From assembly GCA_035546575.1 (NCBI GenBank), contig DASZWN010000001.1, positions 119,254 through 183,253 of the forward strand: a stretch of DNA of 64,000 nt, read 5' to 3'. The notes below the pieces were generated by a model, which worked only from the letters and a program-made list of their open reading frames with translations, was not told the DNA's origin and did not search any database. The position numbers and the translations under genes are program-made. Below, in pieces: positions 45,620 to 53,984 of the stretch (its first letter is position 1; every line of letters starts with the position of its first letter). The DNA is from Minisyncoccota bacterium (lineage in GTDB: Bacteria > Patescibacteriota > Minisyncoccia > Phycocordibacterales > SBAW01).

Positions 45620-46204
45620 ATGCAGCATCCTAAAGAGGAGAAGACATTCGTGCTTATAAAACCCGATGGGGTCCGTAAGGGCCTGGTGGGTGAGATTATC
45701 AAGCGCTTTGAGCAGCGCGACCTTAAGGTCGTGGCGCTCGAAATGTTTGAGCCATCGCGCGCCGAGATGGATCAACATTATCCAAAAGACGAAAAGTGGC
45801 TGACCCGCATCGGCGACAAGACCGCCGCAACCTACGAGAAGTACGGTTACGATATCAAAAAAGATTTTGGCACGACCAACCGTCTTTCGATCGGCAAAGA
45901 AGTACGCAAATGGCTCATCACGTTCATGACCTCGGCGCCGATGGTTAAGATGGTGGTACAGGGCGTGCATTCGGTAGATATGGTCCGCAAAATCGTGGGG
46001 CCTACGATGCCATACCTAGCTGAGATGGGCACCATCCGTGGCGATTACTCCGCAGATTCGGCCATAAGCGCAAATATGGAGAAACGCGCGGTGTTTAACC
46101 TGGTCCATGCAAGCGAGACTCCCGAGGAGGCGCGTCACGAGATCAATCATTGGTTTGGTAAAAAGAACATCTTTCACTACAAGCGTTTTGGTATTGATGA
46201 ATAA
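45620..46204 (+). CDS. ndk: Nucleoside diphosphate kinase (with insertion)
   Basis: EKTFVLIKPDGVRKGLVGEIIKRFE...GPTMPY...GTIRGDY. Confidence 0.85.
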   Translation: MQHPKEEKTFVLIKPDGVRKGLVGEIIKRFEQRDLKVVALEMFEPSRAEMDQHYPKDEKWLTRIGDKTAATYEKYGYDIKKDFGTTNRLSIGKEVRKWLITFMTSAPMVKMVVQGVHSVDMVRKIVGPTMPYLAEMGTIRGDYSADSAISANMEKRAVFNLVHASETPEEARHEINHWFGKKNIFHYKRFGIDE

Positions 46205-46255
46205 AGCTTTTTAGCCTCTTCATTGCATCTTTTTAGAGTTTGCTATAATAGGTCT

Positions 46256-46420
46256 AGGACTGCGAAGGCAAATGTCCTTAAGTGATCTATCGGGAGTTCG
46301 CTGTGGCGGGGCACCGTGGTGTACCGCTTAGAACACCCACTTTGCACAAAGGTAGACGCTTGCTTTCGGAGTCCCACAAAGAACAACAAACTCTGCGTAT
46401 GCAGGGGTTTTTTGTTCCCA
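46256..46420 (+). ncRNA. Candidate small RNA of about 165 nt with its own promoter (TTGCAT-15-TATAAT at 46223-46249) and a weak terminator (ctgc-gtat-gcag + GGGGTTTTTT)
   Basis: No convincing ORF. Several internal hairpins. Promoter-like and terminator-like signals bracket it. Family not recognised. Confidence 0.25.
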
Positions 46421-46466
46421 AAAAATAGACCGCGTTTTCTCTGGGATTTTTTGTTACAATTACACG

Positions 46467-47828
46467 ATGCAATCGACCATATATTTTTACGGAGGCGCGG
46501 GAGCCGTGACAGGCTCTAATTTTTTGCTCGACACGGGCGGCGCAAAATTTTTGATAGACTGCGGTCTCTCGCAGGGGAGGCATGATGCAGAAGAGGACAA
46601 TTGGAAAGCGTTTCCCTATGACCCTGCCTCAATCCCGTTTCTCGTTGTGACGCATGCTCACATCGATCACGTCGGGCGCATTCCTAAGCTGGTGCGTGAT
46701 GGCTTTAAGGGCAAGATTATTTCGACCGAGGCAACCAAGGCATTATCCGAGCCGTTACTCATGGACAGCATGGAACTGCTCGCGCACGACGCGCGCAAGC
46801 ACGGCCGCGAAGAGCTCTACAACGAGCATGACATCGCAAAAGCCTTCACCATGTGGGAAGGCGTCGGCTATCATCAAAGGCAAGAACTCGCAGACGGAGT
46901 TATGCTAGAATTTTTTGATTCCGGACACATCCTCGGTTCCGCAATGGCGCAGTTTGAGAGGGGAGGAGTAAAAGTAGTGTTTACCGGCGACTTGGGCGGC
47001 GGCAACTCCCCGCTCTTGGTTGGTGCGGACGAAATCCCTGGTACGAACTATCTCACTATGGAGAGCGTCTATGGGGACCGCATCCGCGGCAAAGAGGAGA
47101 ATCATAAAGATCAGCTCGAGGATGTTATTGAAGACACTGCAGCGCGCGGTGGCACGCTGCTTATACCTGCGTTCTCAACCGAGCGCACCCAAGACCTCTT
47201 GTTTGAGGTCAGGAGCCTCATGATGGATAAAAAAGTCCCTTCTATGCCGGTGTATGTCGACTCGCCGTTAGCGCAAAAGATAACGGCCGCGTATTTGGCA
47301 CACCCCGAATACTTTCCTCCTACTATACGTGAGCGAATACAAAACGGAGAGAATATTTTTACGTTTCCGGAGCTCAAGTTTGTTGAGAGTGTCGAGGAGT
47401 CCAAACATACAGCCGGGCTCCCCGGGCCAAAAATAGTTATTGCCGGCTCTGGCATGAGCAACGGCGGGCGCGTGCAAGGCCACCAAAAGTACGTGCTCCC
47501 GGACGCAAAGTCAACCCTCCTGATTGTTGGATACCAAGCAGCAGGCAGCCTCGGCCGCCGCCTGCTCGAGGGCGAAAAGCATGTCCGTGTGGCGGGCGAG
47601 GAGGTAGTAGTGCGCTCAAAAGTTGAGGCTATCTACGGCTACTCGGCCCACATGGACGGCGAGCAGCTGCTTGAGTTTGCTAACAAAGCGGCACCGTCGC
47701 TTAAGCAGGTGTTTGTGGTGATGGGGGAGCCTGCATCATCGGGTTTTTTGGTGCAGCGTATTCGCGATTACCTTGGTATTAAGGCGAATGCTCCCAACGT
47801 GGGTGATAAAGCGCAAATAGATTTTTAA
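46467..47828 (+). CDS. Beta-CASP family metallo-beta-lactamase ribonuclease (RNA-metabolising MBL hydrolase)
   Basis: HAHIDHVG (HxHxDH). Beta-CASP region. C-terminal RMMBL-like segment. Confidence 0.8.
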   Translation: MQSTIYFYGGAGAVTGSNFLLDTGGAKFLIDCGLSQGRHDAEEDNWKAFPYDPASIPFLVVTHAHIDHVGRIPKLVRDGFKGKIISTEATKALSEPLLMDSMELLAHDARKHGREELYNEHDIAKAFTMWEGVGYHQRQELADGVMLEFFDSGHILGSAMAQFERGGVKVVFTGDLGGGNSPLLVGADEIPGTNYLTMESVYGDRIRGKEENHKDQLEDVIEDTAARGGTLLIPAFSTERTQDLLFEVRSLMMDKKVPSMPVYVDSPLAQKITAAYLAHPEYFPPTIRERIQNGENIFTFPELKFVESVEESKHTAGLPGPKIVIAGSGMSNGGRVQGHQKYVLPDAKSTLLIVGYQAAGSLGRRLLEGEKHVRVAGEEVVVRSKVEAIYGYSAHMDGEQLLEFANKAAPSLKQVFVVMGEPASSGFLVQRIRDYLGIKANAPNVGDKAQIDF

Positions 47829-47887
47829 GTCCCGACGTAAATTCGGGGTCCCGACCAAGGCGTCGGGAGTAAGATATAATACATAGA

Positions 47888-48490
47888 ATGGATCCTAAAC
47901 AGACGCATCTGCAGCTGAAGCTTTGCGTGTCCGGTGCTGCCGAGACTGGACACTGCGGTATCGATGCATACGACAAAGGTGTTGAGCTTGGCCGCCAGAT
48001 AGCAAAACATGGCGCGATTGTTGTAACTGGTGCGACTACTGGCTTTCCACTTTGGTCGGCGATGGGCGCAAAACAGGCGGGCGGTTTTTCAATAGGGTTT
48101 TCTCCTGCAAACACCGAGAAGGAACATGTCGAGAGCTACAACCTGCCGATCGAGTACATGGACATGATTGTGTACACCGGCTTTGGCTATCCGGGCCGCG
48201 ACTTGATACTCACGCGCGCGTCGGACGCCGTATTTTTTGGCTGTGGGCGCATTGGTACCATCCACGAGTTTACTATCGCGTTTGAGGACAAAAAGCCGAT
48301 AGGCATTCTTGAGGCAGACTGGGAGACCGACGAGGTACTCAAAAATATTATCGAGAACGGCCATCGCGACAACGACCGCATCGTATTTGATACTGACCCA
48401 AAGGCGCTCGTGGAGCGTATTATCGAGCTTGTTAACAAAGACAAGATAAACAGAGCATCTTTCCACTTTGATGCAACGCAGAAAGCATAG
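47888..48490 (+). CDS. LOG/TIGR00725-like Rossmann-fold nucleotide-binding protein
   Basis: CVSGAAETG...IVVTGATTG...GGFSIGFSP fits the LOG/SLOG-type glycine-rich motifs. Confidence 0.5.
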   Translation: MDPKQTHLQLKLCVSGAAETGHCGIDAYDKGVELGRQIAKHGAIVVTGATTGFPLWSAMGAKQAGGFSIGFSPANTEKEHVESYNLPIEYMDMIVYTGFGYPGRDLILTRASDAVFFGCGRIGTIHEFTIAFEDKKPIGILEADWETDEVLKNIIENGHRDNDRIVFDTDPKALVERIIELVNKDKINRASFHFDATQKA

Positions 48491-48547
48491 TAACCTTTGC
48501 CTTTGCGGCGCAGTTGCAGTAAGAAGTTGCACAAAACGAGGAGGATT

Positions 48548-48727
48548 ATGGTGAGAGACCTCAAGTTGAGAGCGGCGGTGGAACGTGATTTTCCGCAGTT
48601 TGTTGCGGGGATTCATGCCAAGCATGGTCTGCAGCCTCCGGAGCACATACAGTTTGCAAGCGATCTTCCGGCCGGGCAGGGGAGACTTACCGAAAAGCCC
48701 GATACTACAAAGGGTGAGAAACCCTAA
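48548..48727 (+). CDS. Hypothetical small protein, 59 aa
   Basis: Strong SD GAGGAGG 6 nt before the ATG at 48548. Confidence 0.3.
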   Translation: MVRDLKLRAAVERDFPQFVAGIHAKHGLQPPEHIQFASDLPAGQGRLTEKPDTTKGEKP

Positions 48728-48774
48728 TTCCCCTGGCAGCAAAAACGAAAAGAGCCCTTGCGGGCTCTTTTACT

Positions 48775-49125
48775 TTATCCGATTTTCTTAACGAATCGAG
48801 CAAACGACTCAGGAGACTTTTGCGCGAGCTCGGCGAGCATCTTGCGGTTAACCAGTACTCCCTTTTTGCGCATCGCGCCCATAAACTTGCTGTACGAGAA
48901 CTTGGGGTCAATCGCACGGAGCCCTGCGTTTGCCTGGACATTCCAGAGACGCTTAAAGTCGTTCTTTTTATCGCGGCGGTGCGCAAATGCATACTTACCG
49001 GCGTGGAAGATCGCCTCGCGTGCCTGGCGCTTTTTGGTCGAGCGGCCAAAGCGATAGCCCTTGGTCATCGCAAGGATATTCTTGCGACGCTTATTACTTG
49101 TTTTACCTCCTTTTACGCGTGCCAT
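48775..49125 (-). CDS. rplT: 50S ribosomal protein L20
   Basis: MARVKGG...RRKN..K.AKGYRG. Confidence 0.95.
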   Translation of the reverse strand: MARVKGGKTSNKRRKNILAMTKGYRFGRSTKKRQAREAIFHAGKYAFAHRRDKKNDFKRLWNVQANAGLRAIDPKFSYSKFMGAMRKKGVLVNRKMLAELAQKSPESFARFVKKIG

Positions 49126-49131
49126 ATATGT

Positions 49132-49332
49132 TTAATTCTTTGATTTAGAAGCAGTACCAATATAGCGCTGGCTCACCTTTGGGGTGAGGGAGAGCGACTG
49201 CGAGCGACGACCGTCCATCTGAGAAGCGCGGTTCTCCTTGGCATTAAAGTGATTCTGCCCAGGCTTGCGCGCAATAATCTTCCCCGTACGGGTAATTTTG
49301 AGGCGCTTTGTAAATGACTTATTAGTTTTCAT
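49132..49332 (-). CDS. rpmI: 50S ribosomal protein L35
   Basis: MKTNKSFTKRLKITRTGKIIARKPGQNH...; start set at the internal ATG at 49332. Confidence 0.85.
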   Translation of the reverse strand: MKTNKSFTKRLKITRTGKIIARKPGQNHFNAKENRASQMDGRRSQSLSLTPKVSQRYIGTASKSKN

Positions 49333-49336
49333 ACGA

Positions 49337-49855
49337 TTATTTGTTTTTTGACGCACGCTCTAGCACAGTACTGAGGCCTTTCGGGCTTTTGCCTATCGGC
49401 TCAGCTATCTTATACTCCTCGGGAATCAGCTTCAAAAATTGCTCCAAGCGGTCCTTTAGGAAGTTAAATTCCATGTACTTGTACCGCCCCCACAAAAAGA
49501 GGTCTACCTTGACCCGGTGCCCCTCCCCAAGCCACTCGGCCGCCTTGCGGGCCTTGAGGTTGAGGTCGTGGTCTCCCGTGCCTATTTTGACCTGGACGCC
49601 CTTCGTCTCAGTAACGTGGGATTTGGCCTTCATTTCCCGGCGTTTCTTCTGCTGTTCGTATTGGAATTTACCATATTCCATGATTTTTGCAACCGGAGGG
49701 ACGGCGTTGGGGGAGATCTCGATAAGGTCGAGTCCGGCGTCCTGGGCGCGCTGTATAGCCTCGGAAAGGGGGATAACCCCGATATTTTCGCCCTCGGGGC
49801 CGATAACGCGGACCTCAGCCGCACGGATTTGGTGGTTAATGCGAGTGGTATCCAA
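49337..49855 (-). CDS. infC: Translation initiation factor IF-3 (non-AUG start likely)
   Basis: IF3 N- and C-terminal domain sequence. The ORF track gives a TTG start. Confidence 0.9.
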   Translation of the reverse strand: MDTTRINHQIRAAEVRVIGPEGENIGVIPLSEAIQRAQDAGLDLIEISPNAVPPVAKIMEYGKFQYEQQKKRREMKAKSHVTETKGVQVKIGTGDHDLNLKARKAAEWLGEGHRVKVDLFLWGRYKYMEFNFLKDRLEQFLKLIPEEYKIAEPIGKSPKGLSTVLERASKNK

Positions 49856-50077
49856 AGTTGTCGTAACACTATACCAGAAAATGTCATCCCCGACAACGTG
49901 GTTGACAGAGGTATGCCGTGCCGATACAGTCGATATATGGAGTCATATGCAGCCAATCCTCACTTCGATTTCGCGACAACATGTGTCGCGCTCTTCTGCC
50001 GTATGTGGAAGCGCACGATGCCGGAGATTAGGCTGCAGTATGTGAGGATCTAAAACCACCAAACTATTTGCATCTCG

Positions 50078-50108
50078 AAATCTCCGGCAACCGCCGGAGA
50101 TTTTTTGT
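50078..50108 (+). terminator. Hairpin atctccggc-aacc-gccggagat + TTTTT upstream of infC, oriented as a plus-strand terminator
   Basis: 9-bp perfect stem with a T-run on the plus strand. A related hairpin (aatctccggcgcggg...) lies at 50745-50790. Confidence 0.5.
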
Positions 50109-50213
50109 TCGGACCCTGATGCAAGGAAAAAGAAAAAAGTTTTTGCACCAGCGCCTGAGCAGGGTAGAGCTGGGTTGATCTTTAACTTATTACAATAGAG
50201 GAGGAATTCGGTA

Positions 50214-50741
50214 ATGCCGGAAGCTAGCACTCAGTCCGGATTACGTCCCATAGTGTTCTACACCATCATGGAAGGAGGCCAGAATCTGCATAGCGTACGT
50301 GTAATCGATGCGATGGAATGGATTATTTCCACCCAGCTTGAAGAAAAGCCCTATCTCAGAGGCATACTTTGCTCCAAGCTGCATTCCGAGTCGCAGATGC
50401 ATAGTATTCCTTTGAATTCGGTCGCCATCTTCGATGGTTACGTGAACAGGCGCTTTAGCTTTCTTGCTCCGTCGCACAATAAGGGCGCACCCGCATGGTC
50501 CAAGAGTTCTTCATGGGCCATAGTGGTTGGGCCACAAGCGGGGGAGAAGGGGGATTACATACGCTCCTGCGCTTTCAATGCCGTTGCAAACTTTGCACGG
50601 CACTTCGAGGATAGGCTCGCAGCCGGACACTATCCGTGGGGTGAGCGTCGCACAGGGCCGAGGCATCGAGGTGGCAAGCAGCAGCGACTGAAGAAGCAGA
50701 TGAAGGAAGCCGGAGGCCCCGGCGGCTGGCCCTCGCTCTAA
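50214..50741 (+). CDS. Hypothetical protein, 175 aa
   Basis: Strong SD GAGGAGG 8 nt upstream. No recognisable family. Confidence 0.5.
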   Translation: MPEASTQSGLRPIVFYTIMEGGQNLHSVRVIDAMEWIISTQLEEKPYLRGILCSKLHSESQMHSIPLNSVAIFDGYVNRRFSFLAPSHNKGAPAWSKSSSWAIVVGPQAGEKGDYIRSCAFNAVANFARHFEDRLAAGHYPWGERRTGPRHRGGKQQRLKKQMKEAGGPGGWPSL

Positions 50742-50746
50742 CAATC

Positions 50747-50786
50747 TCCGGCGCGGGTTTAAAACCCGCGCCGGATTTCTATGTAT
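50747..50786. terminator. Bidirectional terminator (ccggcgcgggttt-a-aaacccgcgccgg)
   Basis: Perfect inverted repeat of 13 nt between convergent genes. Confidence 0.65.
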
Positions 50787-50837
50787 AAAAAGAGAAAGCA
50801 CGCGCGTACGCGTGCCTCTTAAGAATGTGAGTGGAGT

Positions 50838-51095
50838 TTAGTTTCTCCGCCGCAGCACTTTCTCGAAGTCGGAGGAAAAACTGACCACCATTTCACCTCG
50901 GCTAGAGGTAAGGTTGATGGTGCGGCTTTCCCCGGCTGGGGACTCAAGGATCACCTCCAGAGTATGCAGCTCCGCCGGAATATCCGGCGAGGCGTATTCT
51001 TCTGCGGCCTTTTTGAGGCCCTCCGGCGAGTTATCGAACTTCTGGTCCGGATGCGGCAGCACCCGGTACGCTCTAACAGAGTATCTGCGTGCCAT
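50838..51095 (-). CDS. Hypothetical protein, 85 aa
   Basis: SD AGGAG before the ATG. Confidence 0.45.
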   Translation of the reverse strand: MARRYSVRAYRVLPHPDQKFDNSPEGLKKAAEEYASPDIPAELHTLEVILESPAGESRTINLTSSRGEMVVSFSSDFEKVLRRRN

Positions 51096-51165
51096 CTAGC
51101 GCTCCTGTAAAACAGGGGTGGGGTGCATCTATTTGCACCTTACCGTATATCCCTGGATTCCTCAA

Positions 51166-51552
51166 CTATCTCCCAACCCAACTGTTCTTAAAAAACCTTT
51201 GTCTCCACAGTTTTAAACAAAAACCAATAAGATTTCCTAAAATAGTCACACCAATAAATCCTAAATATATCTTTAGGCTAAGGTTATACAAAAGAAAGAA
51301 GCCCAGAAAAGCATATAGTGTAATAATAATATAGTCGGCTTTTTTCCCTAGGGCGCCAAAAATAACACTAACCCATAGAGCGTAAGAAAATACTAAGGCT
51401 AAAAAATCTGTAGCGAACCCCTGGAATGCCCCAAAAAAAGTGGAAGATTCACTATAACCAAGGTATTGAGTTACAAATGGAATAAAGCCATCTACTAGTA
51501 TAAATCCAATTACCAATACAAAAATTAACCAAAACATTCTCATGAGCACCAT
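51166..51552 (-). CDS. Hypothetical membrane protein (AT-rich gene)
   Basis: Four predicted TM helices. About 35% GC segment. Start trimmed to the internal ATG to avoid overlap with the upstream gene. Confidence 0.45.
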   Translation of the reverse strand: MVLMRMFWLIFVLVIGFILVDGFIPFVTQYLGYSESSTFFGAFQGFATDFLALVFSYALWVSVIFGALGKKADYIIITLYAFLGFFLLYNLSLKIYLGFIGVTILGNLIGFCLKLWRQRFFKNSWVGR

Positions 51553-51560
51553 TTTAGTAA

Positions 51561-53807
51561 TTACTGCGTCTGATGATCTCTGAACCATGTTGTGTATTTG
51601 TGTATTAAGTCTACACCATCTTTCATATTACCCTTGTCCTTTGCCAACAGATCCATGTCAGCTAAAGTCAACTTAATAGCTGCGGTCGTTATAGTAAGAA
51701 GTAATGCGTTTGCCTTAGTGCGTTTCGCAGGGATAACCTTCTCGATAGTTTCTTTAGTCTTAAGGAGCTCCTTTAATGCTTTGCAGTCAAAGACTAAATT
51801 GTCAGCAACAGCTTTTTTACCAATCCACTTGTTTTTGTAAGCCAGAGTCATGTCCGTAACACAAGTGTCTGGAGTGAGTGTGGTTAGTGGAGGCGGCGGG
51901 GAAGCGTCGGCAGTAATTGTAACCGCTGTGGTCGTAGAGGATAAGTAAAGCGAATTGTTTATTACTTGGTTGAGGGTAGTGGTGCCGCTCACGTAAGCCT
52001 CGTTTGTGGTTGTGCTCTGTATATAGCTTGTAGCGATGGTGTAAGTGCCATTGCCAGTACCCTTGGTTTGCACTTTATATGTGCCAGGCAAGGGGTCAAA
52101 AATAATTGCGTACTCATGTTCGGCATCCGGGCCTGAGTACAAAGCGTTAGGAATTTCGTTAACTACTGACCCGGTCGTAATATCTTTACCTATATGCGCG
52201 CCATTAGGAGCAGTAATCTCCATATTGATAGGAGAGAAAAGAAGAAAGAATAATATTGTATGATTTTCGGCAAAACTACCTATGGTTTGCATCAAATCCT
52301 TAAATTCCGAAGGCGTTGGTGATAGTTTATTTATCAAAACAGAGTAATCAGCATCTTTAAGAGGTACGAACACATTTCCCACGATTATCTGTGGATCCTT
52401 GTTATTTAATTGTCTAAATATATAAGCTGCACTTGTAGAAGCTACTTCTGTATGGTTCACCCCGTGAAACTCCTTATCAGCCGCACCAACAAGATTTTCT
52501 ATACTTACTCTTGGAACCGTCACGTCTCCTGTGTCAAAATAAGTCGCCGTAATTTCTCCATCTTGCCACTTTGGCAACACCGTGGAAGGTTTGGTAATAA
52601 AAAAACTGATGGTATTGCTAAGATCTGTATCAGCCAGAATAGTGTCAGTCCGTGCCGCCTTTGTAATCTTTGCGAAGTTAGACGCAATATTCTCTAGAAA
52701 TATATTTTTAGGTGGAGTGATGGTGTTGAAGTCGGAATCAAACAAATAATCATACGTAGGCAAAAGTTGTTGTATCGAAAGAACAGGCTTGTTTCTTAGG
52801 TAACTAAATGTATCGTTATAACCTGCTTGCTTTGCTTCTTTAGTAAAAACTCTTTCCAGCAGCATGTTTTGGAGTTTTGAGAAAATATCGTTTGAATCAG
52901 GGTCAATCTGACCACCTTCCCACATCTTATAAGCTTTAGGGGAACCTGATAGGGGGGTTGCGAGGAAGAAGACCTGGTCGACATCGTTTTTGTACCCAGG
53001 GCTCTCGATGTATTGGGCCGCAACCAGTCCTCCCATCGAGTGTCCTATCAAGTTTACATGGCTACAGTTGCAGATAGTTTTTATATCCTGGATCTTTTTT
53101 GCCAACACCGATGCGGTAACTTCGTTCGGCTCCTCCCAATCGTAGGGGAATTTAAAAAGAGTTTTACCGTCTACATAGCCGTTGGCTAGGAAAGTGTCGA
53201 CCAAGTTGTCGTAAATATGAGTAATTGGATCGAGTACCCACTCGCCGTTCTTTTGCCATGATCCGAGGATCCCAGGAATGATCACCACCGGCTCATACTC
53301 GCTCGCGGGTACGCCGCCCCACTTCCACTGTATGATCGCGTAGTTATTGCTTGGCAGTAGCGTGCCGGTAGTCGAGCCTGTTTTAAATGCGGCATCAAAC
53401 CTAGCAGCTTCGGTGCTTGAGCTGTATCCGTATACTACGGAAAAATAATTCTGATCCTGCGCTGGGCTGCCAAAGTTATTGGTATCTTCCTGTACAAGGG
53501 TAGGAGAGTCGCCCTGTATTTTATCACCAGCCACAAATATCGAGTTGCCAGGTACTCCTTTGTAGGTGGCGATCGTTTTGGTGCCGGGGATCTTCGAGGG
53601 AATGCTATACACGCACGGCCCCCCATTTTGAGCTACATAATGCTTTCCTGACTCAAAAGAAAATTTGTATGGACTACAGGAGAAGCTGAATGGTTGGGCT
53701 CCATATACAGGATCAAAGGAGAGGTTGGTAGTGTTGGCAAGGGCTACCGATGTTCCCAGAGATAGGAATATGCCTGCAACCAGAGAGATAATGCCAACTA
53801 CACGCAT
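51561..53807 (-). CDS. Secreted alpha/beta-hydrolase (lipase/esterase-like, GHSMGG nucleophile elbow) with C-terminal beta-rich domains
   Basis: Signal peptide. GxSxG motif as GHSMGG. The N-terminal ~430 aa are paralogous to 53985..57239. The 3' half is markedly AT-rich. Confidence 0.8.
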   Translation of the reverse strand: MRVVGIISLVAGIFLSLGTSVALANTTNLSFDPVYGAQPFSFSCSPYKFSFESGKHYVAQNGGPCVYSIPSKIPGTKTIATYKGVPGNSIFVAGDKIQGDSPTLVQEDTNNFGSPAQDQNYFSVVYGYSSSTEAARFDAAFKTGSTTGTLLPSNNYAIIQWKWGGVPASEYEPVVIIPGILGSWQKNGEWVLDPITHIYDNLVDTFLANGYVDGKTLFKFPYDWEEPNEVTASVLAKKIQDIKTICNCSHVNLIGHSMGGLVAAQYIESPGYKNDVDQVFFLATPLSGSPKAYKMWEGGQIDPDSNDIFSKLQNMLLERVFTKEAKQAGYNDTFSYLRNKPVLSIQQLLPTYDYLFDSDFNTITPPKNIFLENIASNFAKITKAARTDTILADTDLSNTISFFITKPSTVLPKWQDGEITATYFDTGDVTVPRVSIENLVGAADKEFHGVNHTEVASTSAAYIFRQLNNKDPQIIVGNVFVPLKDADYSVLINKLSPTPSEFKDLMQTIGSFAENHTILFFLLFSPINMEITAPNGAHIGKDITTGSVVNEIPNALYSGPDAEHEYAIIFDPLPGTYKVQTKGTGNGTYTIATSYIQSTTTNEAYVSGTTTLNQVINNSLYLSSTTTAVTITADASPPPPLTTLTPDTCVTDMTLAYKNKWIGKKAVADNLVFDCKALKELLKTKETIEKVIPAKRTKANALLLTITTAAIKLTLADMDLLAKDKGNMKDGVDLIHKYTTWFRDHQTQ

Positions 53808-53876
53808 GGCGGCACATTACACGTCTGCACGGCCCAATGCAACTACACTGGCTTTATCAAAGCCGGATTGACCTTA

Positions 53877-53902
53877 TTCGCACATTCGCGCGAATGTACG
53901 AA
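53877..53902. promoter_or_regulatory. 26-bp near-perfect palindrome (16-bp perfect core acattcgcgcgaatgt) about 70 bp upstream of lipase gene 51561..53807
   Basis: ttcgCacattcgcgcgaatgtAcgaa; operator-like. Confidence 0.4.
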
Positions 53903-53926
53903 TATCTGAGGAGGTGGAGGTAGATA

Positions 53927-53956
53927 TCTAAAAAGAGGCGTGGGAGCGCCTCTTTT
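53927..53956. terminator. Bidirectional terminator (aaaaagaggcg-tggga-gcgcctcttttta)
   Basis: 8-bp stem flanked by A-run and T-run, between the two lipase paralogues. Confidence 0.65.
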
Positions 53957-53984
53957 TATTTCTCTATGCTACTGCGGGTTAGAC

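Noticed and set aside
49341-50053. Plus-strand ORFs (234 aa and 178 aa) opposite infC and rpmI
   Set aside because: Antisense to conserved infC and rpmI.
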